Of a stretch of 64,000 nt of DNA, positions 23,485 to 35,775 are shown piece by piece. This DNA is from Podarcis gaigeae (lineage: Eukaryota): assembly GCA_964106915.2 (NCBI GenBank), contig OZ066920.1; one strand, 5' to 3'. The notes under the pieces were generated by a model. The model had not been told where the DNA came from and did no database searches. It saw only the letters and a program-made list of their open reading frames with translations. Positions within the stretch are counted from its first letter, which is position 1; each line of letters starts with the position of its first letter. Position numbers and translations under genes: made by a program.

Positions 23485-23664
23485 ACTCACCCTGAACAGC
23501 TAAAAGAGGCTCTTGGGAGGCCGGAGGGACATTGCTGTTGCCTGAGTGCTGGAAGAAAGATCTGATCGCTGCTGCAAGGCCCATTTTCACTTGGCCTAGG
23601 GGCAGGGCCCAGACTCACCGTCTACAGCTAAAAGAGGCTTCTGGGAGGCCACTGGGACATTGCT
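23485..23664. repeat. Two imperfect ~52-bp direct repeats, period 128
   Basis: ACTCACC...ACAGCTAAAAGAGGCT..TGGGAGGCC...GGGACATTGCT at 23485-23536 and 23613-23664. Confidence 0.85.
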
Positions 23665-25716
23665 AGAACAGCTCTTGGTTTGCTGTGGTCAGTGGGCACT
23701 GGCTAAAATGTTTTAAAACATTTTACATGGTTCTCATTTTGGTCCCTCTGTTTAGTTTTTGTTGAGTTGCTGTTGGTTAAATGTTTAGTTGGAGTTGGTG
23801 GTTACTGTATTTTAATTTGAGTATAACTGTAAACTGTTTATTGTTGTTGTTGATTTCTATTTATTTATTGGTCTGTTTGTTGCTTGTATAGGATATCCCC
23901 CCCCCAAAAAAAAGTTTGGTTGTATTTTTATATATGTTGCAAGCCACTCGGAGTGGCTGGAGAAACCCAGCCAGATGTGTGGGTTATAGATTAAAATTAT
24001 TGTTAGACAAACCTCTGAGAGCTTGCCTGCTACTGCTCATCTTCCCTTTGCTTGTGCACTAGGCCCAGGAGAGTGTTGGATGCATTCTAGGTTGCACTGT
24101 TGATTCTCGTAGGACAGTGGTGAGGCCCAGCAGGCTTTGAAAGCATCCTGTCACAGGCAACTCCCCCCTCCCCCAAACACTTTCCAGAAACTTCTATAAC
24201 ATACAGGAATTCCTTAACAGACATGTTTGTATGGAAAAGGGTTCCTTGAAGCGAGAATGTTTTGAATGCCACAGCTGCAAAAAACTGACGGATCATTCCT
24301 TTTGTTAGAAATTACCCCCCTCACACACTCCGCAACTGGAAATGTTGCCATTTAGGAATCAAGCTATTCCTTTAGCTGGCCATTTCAAAATCTCAGTCAG
24401 TGGCAGCAAGTCAAAAGTACTATAAATGGGTCATATTTTTTTTTAGTGTTTTTGTGGCCTCCTTGCTGCTTCCATTGGTCACAGTCCAACACAAAGGCAC
24501 ACTTTATGCATGCCTAACTCAGCATTGAATTGTAGCCCATAAGTTTTGCTGGTCTACTGATTTCTTCAAATGTAAACAGGCTTTTCCCTAGCAGATAAGA
24601 ATCTGCAGTACATTTTGAACTGCAAAAACCAGACAATTCTTTCCTTTGTTATACAGACTTAATATATATATTACAGTGCTACCTGTATGGCATAGAATTT
24701 CCATTAGCTTTACAGGCCGTCCTACACCGTGCAAAAGTTTGTTTTTCTGCCTTTCAAGATGTGCAGTACATTCCTATACATGTTTACATAGAAGTAAATT
24801 GCACTGAGTTCAGTAAGCTTTACTCCCAGGAAAGTGTGCTTAGTATTACAGTTTAAGGCAAAAGATTTTGCTGTCAGGTATCTGTCTTTAAATCAGGCAA
24901 ACTGTTCTTTTAAATTCAACAAGAGTTCTGACATTAACAATATTTGTCATATGCACCTGGTGGTACAAAAACTGCCTGAGAAGGGAAGGAGTTTTGTAGC
25001 CAACTCCACCTCTATTATCTTGAGCAGGCATCAAATCGGGTGCTATTTAATTCTGGGAACTGCTCCTAATTTTAATTGACCCATCTGCTGGCATCTTCTT
25101 AAAACTGTAATGAAATTTCCCAGGCTGTATTTTTGAGGAGGAGCTGAACTTTGCTTTAAACAATCTAACCTGCATCTATTTTGAAGGTACTTTTGATGGT
25201 CAGAATTTGGACTTCTATATATATTGGTGTTGAGCTACATCATGTATTGAATTTGGCATTGGAAGTTGAGGCTCTCAGATGTGCAAAGCAGCAAACATAA
25301 CTTTTCAGTCCAATGTATGTGCCAAGACAATTAACTTTGTTGAACTGCAGCTGAGGAAAATTTTTTAGGACTGCTCATATTTCTGTGTCAGAAATACAGG
25401 CTTCCAAGCCAAGTTTCAGTTCAAAAAATTCCTACTCAAATTAGGACAATCCTCTCTGTAGTTTTGAGGTTGTTCAACAGTTAGGCCCAGAACGTTCAAG
25501 TGCTTTTTGGAGTGGCATTGAATAATTATGAAAATGTATATTACTTTTTACCTCAGAAGGAAGATAATACTTGTATTTGTGAAGCTGAAGCTGTAGTTGT
25601 CTGGGGATCAATGGTATTCATTCTACATAAGCTGCGATGGTGAAAGTTTCATTGTTTCTGAGAGGCATTGAGACAGTAATTTGTTGCCCAAAATGTGATT
25701 TAGGTGTGATTTAGAG

Positions 25717-25852
25717 CAGGGTTTCCCAAACTTGGGTCTCCAGTTGTTTTTGGACTACAATTCCCATCATCCCTGACCATTGGTCCTGCTAGCTATGGAT
25801 GATGGGAGTTGTGGTCCCAAAAAAGCTGGAGACCCAAGTTTGGGAAACCCTG
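25717..25852. mobile_element. Young hAT (Charlie-like) MITE, 136 bp, perfect 8-bp TSD ATTTAGAG
   Basis: Perfect inverted termini CAGGGTTTCCCAAACTTGGGTCTCCAG / CTGGAGACCCAAGTTTGGGAAACCCTG. TSD at 25709-25716 and 25853-25860. Confidence 0.93.
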
Positions 25853-26559
25853 ATTTAGAGCAATCTTATCTAATATTTGGTGGTTAGCTTGTTTTTAATC
25901 TATATCTTGCAAGTATATCTTGCTGAATTGCAGCTTGCTTCTTTGTGGCCTGTGTTACACAATCAAATGAAGTGAGGAAAGATCTAGAATGACTACTTAA
26001 TGATTGGCTTAAAAATAAATGCGAGTTAGATATAGATAAGAGAGACAGGGCCAGAAAGTGACCTTGCTGCTCCATCCTGCCCCATAACCCCTTGAGCTCC
26101 CTCTCCAAATGTTTCTTCTTGAGGGTAGGGAGACTCTGCTGAAGGCACTGAGGGGGAATTGCTGAAAAACTAGGCCAGAGGCACCTTATGCACCTCAACA
26201 CTTAAGCTATAACGATGTTGCTTTAATATACGTTTTTTGCTATTTAAGTTACACTTGTATATAGCGCCCTTTAGCACTTGGGAAATGCAGCTCATATTTT
26301 ATGAATAGATAGTATCTCATTAGGACTTTGCGATCCATCTGTATAAAATGCACCTAGCTAGTAAGTTTGATGTTGCTCTGTGTTGCTTACTGTCTCACAG
26401 TTCAGTCCTACACATATCTACTGAGAAGCAAGTCCTGTTGAGTTCAGTGGGGCTTGCTCCCACATGTGTGAGGTGCAATATTGTGGTCTACATTGACAAT
26501 GTTTACAAAGGAAAGTTACATCAGAAAGGCAGGGATGCAATGTGACTTAATCAGTTTCT

Positions 26560-26706
26560 GTGACACCTTAAAATAATCACTACCATTTTTATTGTGGCAT
26601 AAGCTTTCTTGGACTAGAACTCACCAACCTGTAACTGCACCAAAATTGTTACTTTATAGTGTCAGGACTCATGTCGAGCTTCCTGCAGTGAGTTAACATG
26701 GCTACC
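26560..26706. mobile_element. Old Penelope-like terminal-repeat fragments
   Basis: GACACCTTAAA...TTTATTGTGGCATAAGCTTTC.TGGACTAG and AACATGGCTACC resemble the element at 46204-46347. Confidence 0.5.
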
Positions 26707-26878
26707 TGCCTATGACTTGGTGTTTGTCAGCCAGTATACCAGGGCTAGCCACTGTAGTATCCTCCACATGCTGTTGGACTCCAACTCCAACTACATCAGC
26801 TGGGGCTGATGGGAATTATAGTCCAACAGCATCTGGAGGGCACTGCCTGGATTACAAATTCAGCTATATAGATCATAT

Positions 26879-27014
26879 CAGGCATGGCCAAACTTAGCCC
26901 TCTAGCTGTTTTGGGACTACAATTCCCATCATCCCTCATTACTGGCCCTGTTAGTTGGGGATGATGGGAGTTGTAGTCCCCAAACACCTGGAGGGCCAAG
27001 TTTGGTCATGCCTG
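26879..27014. mobile_element. hAT MITE, 136 bp, same family as 25717 but different TIR variant
   Basis: CAGGCATGGCCAAACTT / AAGTTTGGTCATGCCTG termini, with internal GACTACAATTCCCATCATCCC / GGGATGATGGGAGTTGTAGTC arms. The TSD is degraded. Confidence 0.85.
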
Positions 27015-28437
27015 GGTTACATGGTCTCTTTTAAATCATTGCGTTGGAGCCAGAGATCCTATGATTGACTTACTCATGAAGCGTCCTGTGAATGAAAGTG
27101 GGTGGGGGTGATTTTAACTGATTCCCCCCTTGATCCATTGGAATTTCCAGAAATCTGCTCTGAACAGTTGGAGAGCCCTCTGGGAAGAGTATGGAAGCTA
27201 GCATAGGAGAAGGGGAAATTGGCAAAACTTGCCTCTCCTCCATGAATGGATGAAGCCACTGTTATTTTTGCTACATTTCCCAGACATGCTAATTCACATA
27301 TTTTATAGTAATTGAATATAAAATTATTTTTCCAGGAATGTCTGGTGATTACTGTTGAAGGCTTCATATTAAGTTTAATTATCTGAGTTTTCTCAGTTTA
27401 ATTTTTATAAACTTGTTATAGCAAAAATTCTTCACTTGTTGATTTTATATGGGAAGGAAGGACTGGAAATCAGAGTTTGATATTGCATGTTGGTGGAACT
27501 CTGATTTATAGTTCTGAATTTCCCCCCTACAAACCATAGTTTGCCAGTTCAGAAGTAACTGTTGCAAATCAAGAGTTGCACAAAAAACAAGAAACAAGGA
27601 CATTGTTAATCCATACAGGCAGGGAGTGGCAGGGTGAGTGCATAAACACAGGACTCATGGTGCTTCTGAACTGACTTGAATGAGGTCATAGCGACTATAG
27701 CATCAAGTGACAACTTGAATGTGTGCAAAATGCTGTTGCAGATCAAGCACAGCTGACAATATGGTGGAGAGCCTACCCCCCCACCCCTTTGTCTTTTTTA
27801 CAGGCCAGTTGCCTATTCTCATCCTGTGCTTTCCGTAGAATGCAAGACAACAGTTTTTTTTTCTATGATAGGCAGAAAGGGAACCAGTGGACCACAAAGC
27901 AGAAGGTGTGGTTACTGCATCATTTTGTGCTACCTCAGAACTCCTAAAGAATAAGGCTGGATCTCTGGTCTATTGGCAAACTCGAAAACACAGCTTTTTG
28001 CTGGTTGCTGTTAACACACTCAGCACACAATCCATCAAGAGATGTTCATGCATGTGCAAATCGGTTCACAGTCTGAGTAATGGATTGCTTTTGAGTAACG
28101 GAGTGCTTTTTTCCCTAAAAAGATATTTAGGGGTACTGTCATTTTGACTCAAGAAAATCACTGGGAAAGGAAATGAAGCCACCATTGGATTCACAAAAGG
28201 TTTAGGGGTATGCGTCCCCCTGCATCCCCCCAGAAAAAAGCACTGCCTATATAATTGCCTATATTTCCATTTATTTATTTTTAATCCTGTAGTTTCCCTC
28301 CCCCTGCTTGGGTCAGTTTCATTTATAGTGCTGTAAATGTAGCAGTCTGTTGTTTGCATGGCTTGTGTTCCAATGCAATTTCAGCTCTAAATCCTTCACT
28401 GGTCTCCTGTGGGTTTTGGAACCTAGTGGTCAGGGAT

Positions 28438-28675
28438 TCTTAAATTGCGGTGACCAGAAATGGACACAGTACTCCAGGTATGGTCTGACCAAGGCAGAGA
28501 GGTATTACTACTTCCATCGATTTGGACAATATACTTCTGTTGGTTCAGCCTAGACTAGCATTAATTTTTTTTATTTTTTTTTTGCTGCTGCTGCTGCATC
28601 ACAGTGTTGACTCATGTTATGCTAGGGGTCTACTGAGACCCCTAGATTCTCTTCACATTTACTACTGGCAAGCCT
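28438..28675 (-). mobile_element. CR1 LINE ORF2 fragment
   Basis: The minus strand translates to ...LGVSVD...MSQHCDAAA...ALVRPYLEYCVHFWSPQFK, matching the CR1 motif LVRPHLEYCVQFWSP. Confidence 0.85.
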
Positions 28676-31600
28676 AAGAACACCTAAAGCCAGCCTGCTG
28701 CTTTGCAATGATGGGGCATAAATGGAACAAAACAATCATTTTACCAGAAATGGCAACACTGATTTTTTTAACCCACGTTCTTCAGAGGCAAAAAAAAAGA
28801 AAAAAAAGTCTCTCCTGGCATGCTTGTTGTAGAGGCAAAAGCATTCAGTAATTGAATGTTTTGAGACGTTTTGTATTCTTATATCGGGAATTAACTGTAT
28901 TTCCTCTCTTCATAAGATATATTTCTCTTTGAATTTCCCTTTAAAGAGTATGTCCAGACAAGGAATATCCTGACCACAATCCCTGGTTTACCCGGTGTCT
29001 TTTAAAGTTATAGCTAAATTACAAAGATATCTCAGATGTGGGTTTGAACTTCCTTCCATCTGCTACAAGCCTCCCTATTTTGTGGCTCTTTGCCTTGTTT
29101 TTCCCCTCGCCACCCCCAGCCAAGAAAGAAAAAAAGGTAAAGAAAAGTTGTATCTGAAAAAAGCTCTGGAAGATTAGCAGATCTAATAGCTTAAATATTA
29201 AAATCTTTATTCATAATACCACTGCATTTATGTTTCATGTGTGCCTCAGATCCTGTTAATAAAGGAAGGTCCCCTGAGTCCATAGTTCCTAGGAGATTCA
29301 GCAGAATTCAAACTCTGCATGTAGTACATCTGGATGTTATAGAAAACAGGTTGATGGATAACCCAGCAGGGTTGCTCTTGCCTTATTGCCTGCTAGATAT
29401 CCTAATGATGCTAAAGCTTTCCCTTCTCTCTTCCACTCTCCGAAACATGCACATAAGACTAACATAATGCCAATAATGTATTAGTTAAATGGCAGTTTAG
29501 TCTTAAATACACTTACCAGGGAGTAGGCCTCTTTGAGCATAGTGACCCTTGCTTCTAAGTAAATATGCCTAGGATTGTGCTGTCATAGTATTTTTCTGGG
29601 TTGCAGGAAGTTCATGCAGAGTCTGAGGCTCCACATACAAACAATTGAAGTTTACTTCTTAGCAACATAAAAATTGCAGCAGTTGCTAGATAACCTGAAG
29701 GCGTGAAATGGCTAGAATTGGTCACCATGCTGTGAATTGACATGGAGATTGCCTCTTTTTGCAGTTTCAGGCAGAAACCCCAAATTGTGAGCCAAGCTGA
29801 GGTGCTTTTAAGACATTTCCTTACCAAGAGGAGACTAGTGCTAGCCATTTAAATTTTTTAATTGACTCCTCAAGCAAGTTACAGTCCACAGAGTGTACAT
29901 TACGTTAGGGATATAATATAGGTGAAAGGTGGTTGTTGTTTTTTAGTTCTTTGCCTTCTGGTTACCGACAGTTGATGTCTGATCCCGGTTCCAGTCTCTT
30001 CCACAGGGAGGAGGAAACTGCAGGTGGACTCATTGACTGGCTGATGTCAAAAGATGCCAACCCACAGAAAAAAGCCTTGAGATCTCCAGTGCAATTGCCT
30101 GAACTTGCTCTAAGCCTGCCTTTATAAGCACAGAGGGTTCCATTAAGCCATTGCCGCGTGATTTCTCAGGACCAAGTGCATTTAGATTTAATGTACCTGG
30201 CTCAGGACACTTCTCTGTTTAATCAAGCGGCTGCTTATTTTGGCTGATTTTTAAGGTGCTATTTGTTAATTGTGACATTTACTCAGCCCCACGTGGGTTA
30301 GCCAGCTCCTGATTATCATTCCATGTTAAAACTGTTGAAGTAGCCGCTGCGACTCCTAGCAGAGACTCCAGAGGCGGAAACCTTAGTGTGAACAGGCTGC
30401 AGCAGGCTAAGGGCCCAGCTATGCATTACATGCACATGTGTGTTAACCAAAACCTGACAGCTGCTTCCTTGGAAAGCGCTTATGGGGCTGGATGTGTTTT
30501 GAGTTGAGAGAGTAATCTTTTGGGGCCAGAGGAAGGCTGAGCTGCTTAACCCATATGCATCTGGAAGGAAAGTGTTTCTTAAACGCATTGGCGCAAGCCA
30601 TGCAGTTCTCCCTTCAATTGCTTGTTGCAGCCCCTCTCCGCAAGAAGCAAAACGTTTTGTTTATTCATTCATGGCAACCTACATCCATCCCTCCATCTCT
30701 GCACAAGGGAGAGTTTTGGCAAGTAGTGATATTTCAGGTATAATGGAGAATAAGATGGAAGATTTGGCTGCAGAAGCCTTAAACATGCTGGGAATCCCTT
30801 GTCAACCCTTTCCATGTATGCCAAGAATGGAAATTTCTTACTTATATACCACACTAAATGATAATCTTTCTTGCTGAATGCTGCTGCTTGGCTTTTGGGG
30901 GTGACAGTGGTGATGGGGGGTAGGAACATCTTGGAAATCTGTTTCATATAGAAGTGACCTTTATTAAGAGTCTTTCCGGCCTGCTTTTTCATTTTTCTTG
31001 TGTTCAGTAAACTGGGATCTGTCTATCTATACCTCTCTTTTCAGTTGATCACTCTGCTGAGATGGCCAGCTTTGTCTTTCATATCCTTGCAACGTGAAAC
31101 TTGTAATCAGCCCAGGCTGTGCTATCAAATTTGTTTTTAAATATATTAAAAATGCTTACAAGAGCTAATTTTGTAGGGTGTAGTTCTCACACTGAATGTC
31201 ATGTGGAATATTTTGCAATAATGCCTAGGTTAACAATGATAGTCTTGCTGTATTGTGGAGAAAAAAGAAGGCTTCTGTTCAAACCCAGCTGGATTTCAGG
31301 CTTAATTCATTGCTCTATGGTGGGATCACCACAGCTGCTATGGGGGCCTTTACAAATGCAAAAAAGCTGTCAATGTTCGTTTTATCCAATGCATAAGCGA
31401 TGAGGCCAAGTTGAGGAATCCATTCCAACATGCAGTGTACATGCTGTAGGCGTTGTTTTTACAGCATTGCTGTTTTATTTTGAACTTTAAAATAACTTGA
31501 CACACAAGGGGCTTGAGGGTGGGTGGGGGGAAACAGTCTTGGGATGGGGAAAAATACAATTTAAACAACTTCTGTCGTGTTCTCTCTCTTTTTTTTTTTA

Positions 31601-31772
31601 GGATAACCACCAAGCACAATTGATTTTCTGTTAATGGTTGTAAGCGGCCATAAAATTATTTGGGAAGATTCCGAAATTAGTATCATGCTTGAAATCAGTG
31701 AAGGGCTGTTTTTCTGTTTTTAGTCATATATTGGTTTCCCTCATTTTATTAGTCTTCCTAATGTGGGTGTGG

Positions 31773-31773
<1 letters not shown>

Positions 31774-31813
<40 letters not shown>
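31774..31813. repeat. (GA)n microsatellite
   Basis: Directly visible. Confidence 0.97.
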
Positions 31814-31817
<4 letters not shown>

Positions 31818-34800
31818 CCTAAAGTGATGAAGCTGTCATAGCTTGCTCCTCCTCCAGGAATCCTGGGACTTCTGTGAGCAGGTTAATTTACCTCTAGCAG
31901 AATTATTAGTGCCTTCAAAAACGTTATAATCCCTTGAGAAAATTGAAGATGGTGAAAGATTTTTAGGGCACGTATGCCTTGAGCTGTAGTAGTTCTTTCT
32001 ATAGTAGTGACTAAGGCCACACAGACAGAAGCAACAGATGTGTATTGGCACTTTTATTTTTTGGTTGTACAGTTAAAAAATCTCTCTGTAAAATAAAACT
32101 GAATGCAGTTTTTTTAGTTTCAAGTGGATACAATACTTCATCCCAGTGACATTGGTGTCGACGTTGTTTTTTCTTTTAGAAATCCATCTGACCACTTCAT
32201 TCTCTACTTTCCCTTCTGTTTGCCAAATACTAAGTAGAACTCCTTCCAGCCAATTAAAGAATAACATTGATTCATTTCACACATTGCTGCTTATCAATGC
32301 AAGTCATGGCATTTCACTTGGGGCTGAGAATTTTTTTTTGCCTCCGTGTGACATCCAGTTCTTTTTAGCTCCAAAAATACTGGGACTCTTGCCTGGAGTT
32401 CTCTGCACCATGTGCCAGGCTAATGTGTCATATATTTACAATATCATTCTTTGCCCATTTCCTAGGTTTCCCCCCATCAGTCTTTCTCCAGCTATTAATA
32501 TATATCAGTTTTTATTTTTAATTTGCACCTACAGTGGTAACTGCAGGCCATGGTCCAGGTGTGGACAATCACGTGGTATTTCCCCCATCCATAGCTTATC
32601 ACAGTTTTGGATTTCATTGCCTATAATCCTGTCTTTAAAACTGGATCATAGTTTTGACATAGTTTGTAGGTTGTAAAATGGAAAATAAGCCTCCAGATGT
32701 TGAAAATTACAGCCCGAGAGTGCAGTCCAGGGAAAGTAAGATACATCTAAGTGTGCAATCCTGCATCCTATTACATGGCTTAAATCCCATTGAAATTTTA
32801 AGCAACCTACCTCTGTGTGTAGGATTGCAGCTTCCAAATCCACTGAAGTCTGAGTGGGTCAAGTATTGAAATGTATACGCCTGTTTTCTCTGGGTTGTAC
32901 CACCAGCCTCAGCTATTCATGTTTCTTCAAATCCCAATAAAATCAATACATGTCGGGATAATTTTATCTTTACTTTGGGGTGGAAACTGTGTGGTGTGGG
33001 TTTATGGTTTAGGAAAAATGTTTGCAGCTTCTGCCCAAGGGAAAGTTACCTCCATATGAATTTCCTCAAGGGTAACTGGAATGGTGTGGGCAAATCGCTG
33101 TGAACTTGGACTAGTAAGGAATGGTGTTCCTTGCAAAATGATCACTGGCACAATCTGAGTAACATCATATGTGACAGAGTCTCATAATGACTCTGGGAGA
33201 CTTTAAAAACAACAACATAGGATCTGACATAAGTTTCGTTTTAATGTTTATGCTCAATGAAGGCAATGTAGTTCAAGGATTCTGTTGATTTCTAAGAATT
33301 TCTAACTAGTCTTCTCCACCTCCACCCTTGAAAATGGCTGAAAGGTGTGGGAACACATTGTTCAGTAGTGACTGACTTGTACTACGTGGTGCTTAATTTC
33401 TTTTTGTGTTGACATTTTAAAAACAACAACAGTGTTTTAAAAATGCATTTGTGGATACAGTACAGACAATTGACGAAGTGCTTACTTGACACCTACTCCT
33501 GCTGGCTAGAATGGGAATTTTGCTTGATTTCCAGGAATATACTTCTGCCGCAGCCACTTCTGTCCTCTTACCTTGTGGCTTTTCGTGGTGCCATCTGTGA
33601 TATTAATGGTTTGAAGGGGGTGTGAAGTGCTTGTTCAATCAGGAGTCAGTGGGAGTTATTTACAGGGAAGCTGGAATCTACAAAAATGGCTGGTTTCCTT
33701 ACGAGATGTTTGCCTTTATGGGACCCCCCCCCCAATCCCCACTCAGGGAGCTGACCAGTTCATTTAGGCGTACCTGTGACTGATGGTTTCAAAGTCAAAT
33801 ATTACAAGGATGTGAACTGAACACGCTCATTGTTTTTGTTTCACTTCTGAGTTTTATCACTAAGTTGAAGAGATCAGGATTTCCCCGTTTGGGTTATTGT
33901 GGGCAGATGGAGCCCGTTTCAAAATTTCCATATAAATTTGTGGCATTTAGGGCAGCCCCTTGAACTGGGGAATAATCAAAACATAGGTTTTGTATGTCTG
34001 GAAAGACAGGCTGGACATCTGGTAACATTAGTGTATTACAGTTGTTAGACTTAGAAGTATATTTGTTCTAGAGCAGCTGGTGACTGCAATAAAGACTCTC
34101 ACCAGTTTTAAAGGGTTTGCAATGTTGAGGCTCTGCTGGTGCAACAGGGTTCCTCTCCTGACCCCTCTGGGTGCCCTCAAAAAGGGGGAGGAGAGGAAAC
34201 GGAAGTCCTGTTGTGCCAACAAAACTAAGTGCATGGAACCTTGGATGCAACTCTAGATGTATGTCCTGCCCTTCCTCCCTAGGGAGTCCATGATGGCGGA
34301 CAGCACAAACAACAACAACAACAACCCTTTTAAACTAAAAACGTTTTTATGCTTCTGCTTTTCTAAAATCCCTAATGACAGAAATATTGATATGTTTCTG
34401 GAACTATGTCTTCAGTAGGACACAGTTTCTTTACCTTGTCCCATCTTGGCATCTGTTGGAAGTATCCCTACTTCTTGTGCAGGTTGAGAAAGTTGCCTTC
34501 CACCAGCAAGAGGAGGAAGACAAGCCTCTTTAAATTAACACATGGGTAAGAAAGGGCATGACACACCCTGCTTTGTCCTTGCATGCATCAGGGTGTGTCA
34601 GCAGATACTAGAGGTGTGCTGTCTTGTGGGCAGGTGAAGTGCAAGGAGTGAAAGGTAAGCAAGAGGTGGAAGGCAAGGCTTGGCAACACCTACTTTATTC
34701 ACGCCCCAGAAACTAAGCTATATAGCAGTGGAGTTAAAAGAGCAGAACATGGTGAATTTGGATAATTATGGTTTTTATATCCTGCGGTGGTTTCTGTAAC

Positions 34801-35578
34801 TCCTAGTTTATTGCAAATGTGCAGGGACTTCCAAGAGGTATGTGGACTGTGCTCTTGATTGTAACAAAAACACATTTTCATTCCTTTTCATGCCTTCTTC
34901 AAATAAGCCACAAACAAGTAAAATTAATTTAATTAACCACTTAATTCTGACAGTCATATGTTTCAGCTGAATCTCCCTCTGATTGCAGGTCTGCCTTTTA
35001 TGCTTTCAAAGCACTGGATGAAAAACTGATTTTTGTTTCATGTGGCATTAAAAATTCCTAACAAAGTTAGATCTAAATTTGGATGAAAAATGGATATACT
35101 TCCTGTTGGGGGGGGGGGAGGCACAAAAAAGGACTTATCTTTTCATCTTTAAAGAGATAGTCATAGCAATAGATTTCTACTGTTTCTGAACTACTTTTAA
35201 TGGCATGTCTTTTATGTTTACTCCCGATTTATTTTTGTTCATGTGTGCTAACTCAGAAGGTCGGTTACACCTCAAAAAAACACACACTATTTTGAGATAA
35301 CAGTGATATTTTCTTAACCAACTCTTTCAAAAATATTAAAGTTCACAATTGACTAACTGTATTTGTAATTGCTCTGCATGCGTTTAGATTGTTAGGAGGA
35401 ATGGCAGCCAAGGTTAGTTTCCATTAGTACAAGGAGGGAGAAGCCAGTGGCAATGAGGGACTGGAATGAACACAGGCCTTACTGAAGGGACAAGTTTAAC
35501 ATTAGTCTCAGCCACTCAGCTGCAAGCTCCTTTTGGTGAACCTTGTTCATTGGTCCCAATAGAGCATTGGGCACTGGC

Positions 35579-35775
35579 AGGAAGCTGCCTTGTATCAAAT
35601 CAGACCATGGGTCAATCTAACTCAAAGTCAGTCTATTCCATGCTTTCTGGCTGCAGTTCTCCAGGGTTTCAGATGGGAGTCTTTCCCAGCTAAACCTGGA
35701 GATGCCAGAAATTGAAGTTGGGACCCTTTTGCATACAAGGGTTTGCATACAGTGTTCTGTCACTGAGCTATGACT
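35579..35775 (-). mobile_element. tRNA-derived squamate SINE (Squam2-like)
   Basis: Minus strand: TAGCTCAGTGACAGAAC (A box)...GGGTCCCAACTTCAATTTCTGGCATCTCCAGG...GCTGGGAAAGACTCC..CTGAAACCCTGGAGA...GGTCTGATTTGATACAAGGCAGCTTCCT. A more decayed + strand copy lies at ~48805-48925. Confidence 0.7.
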
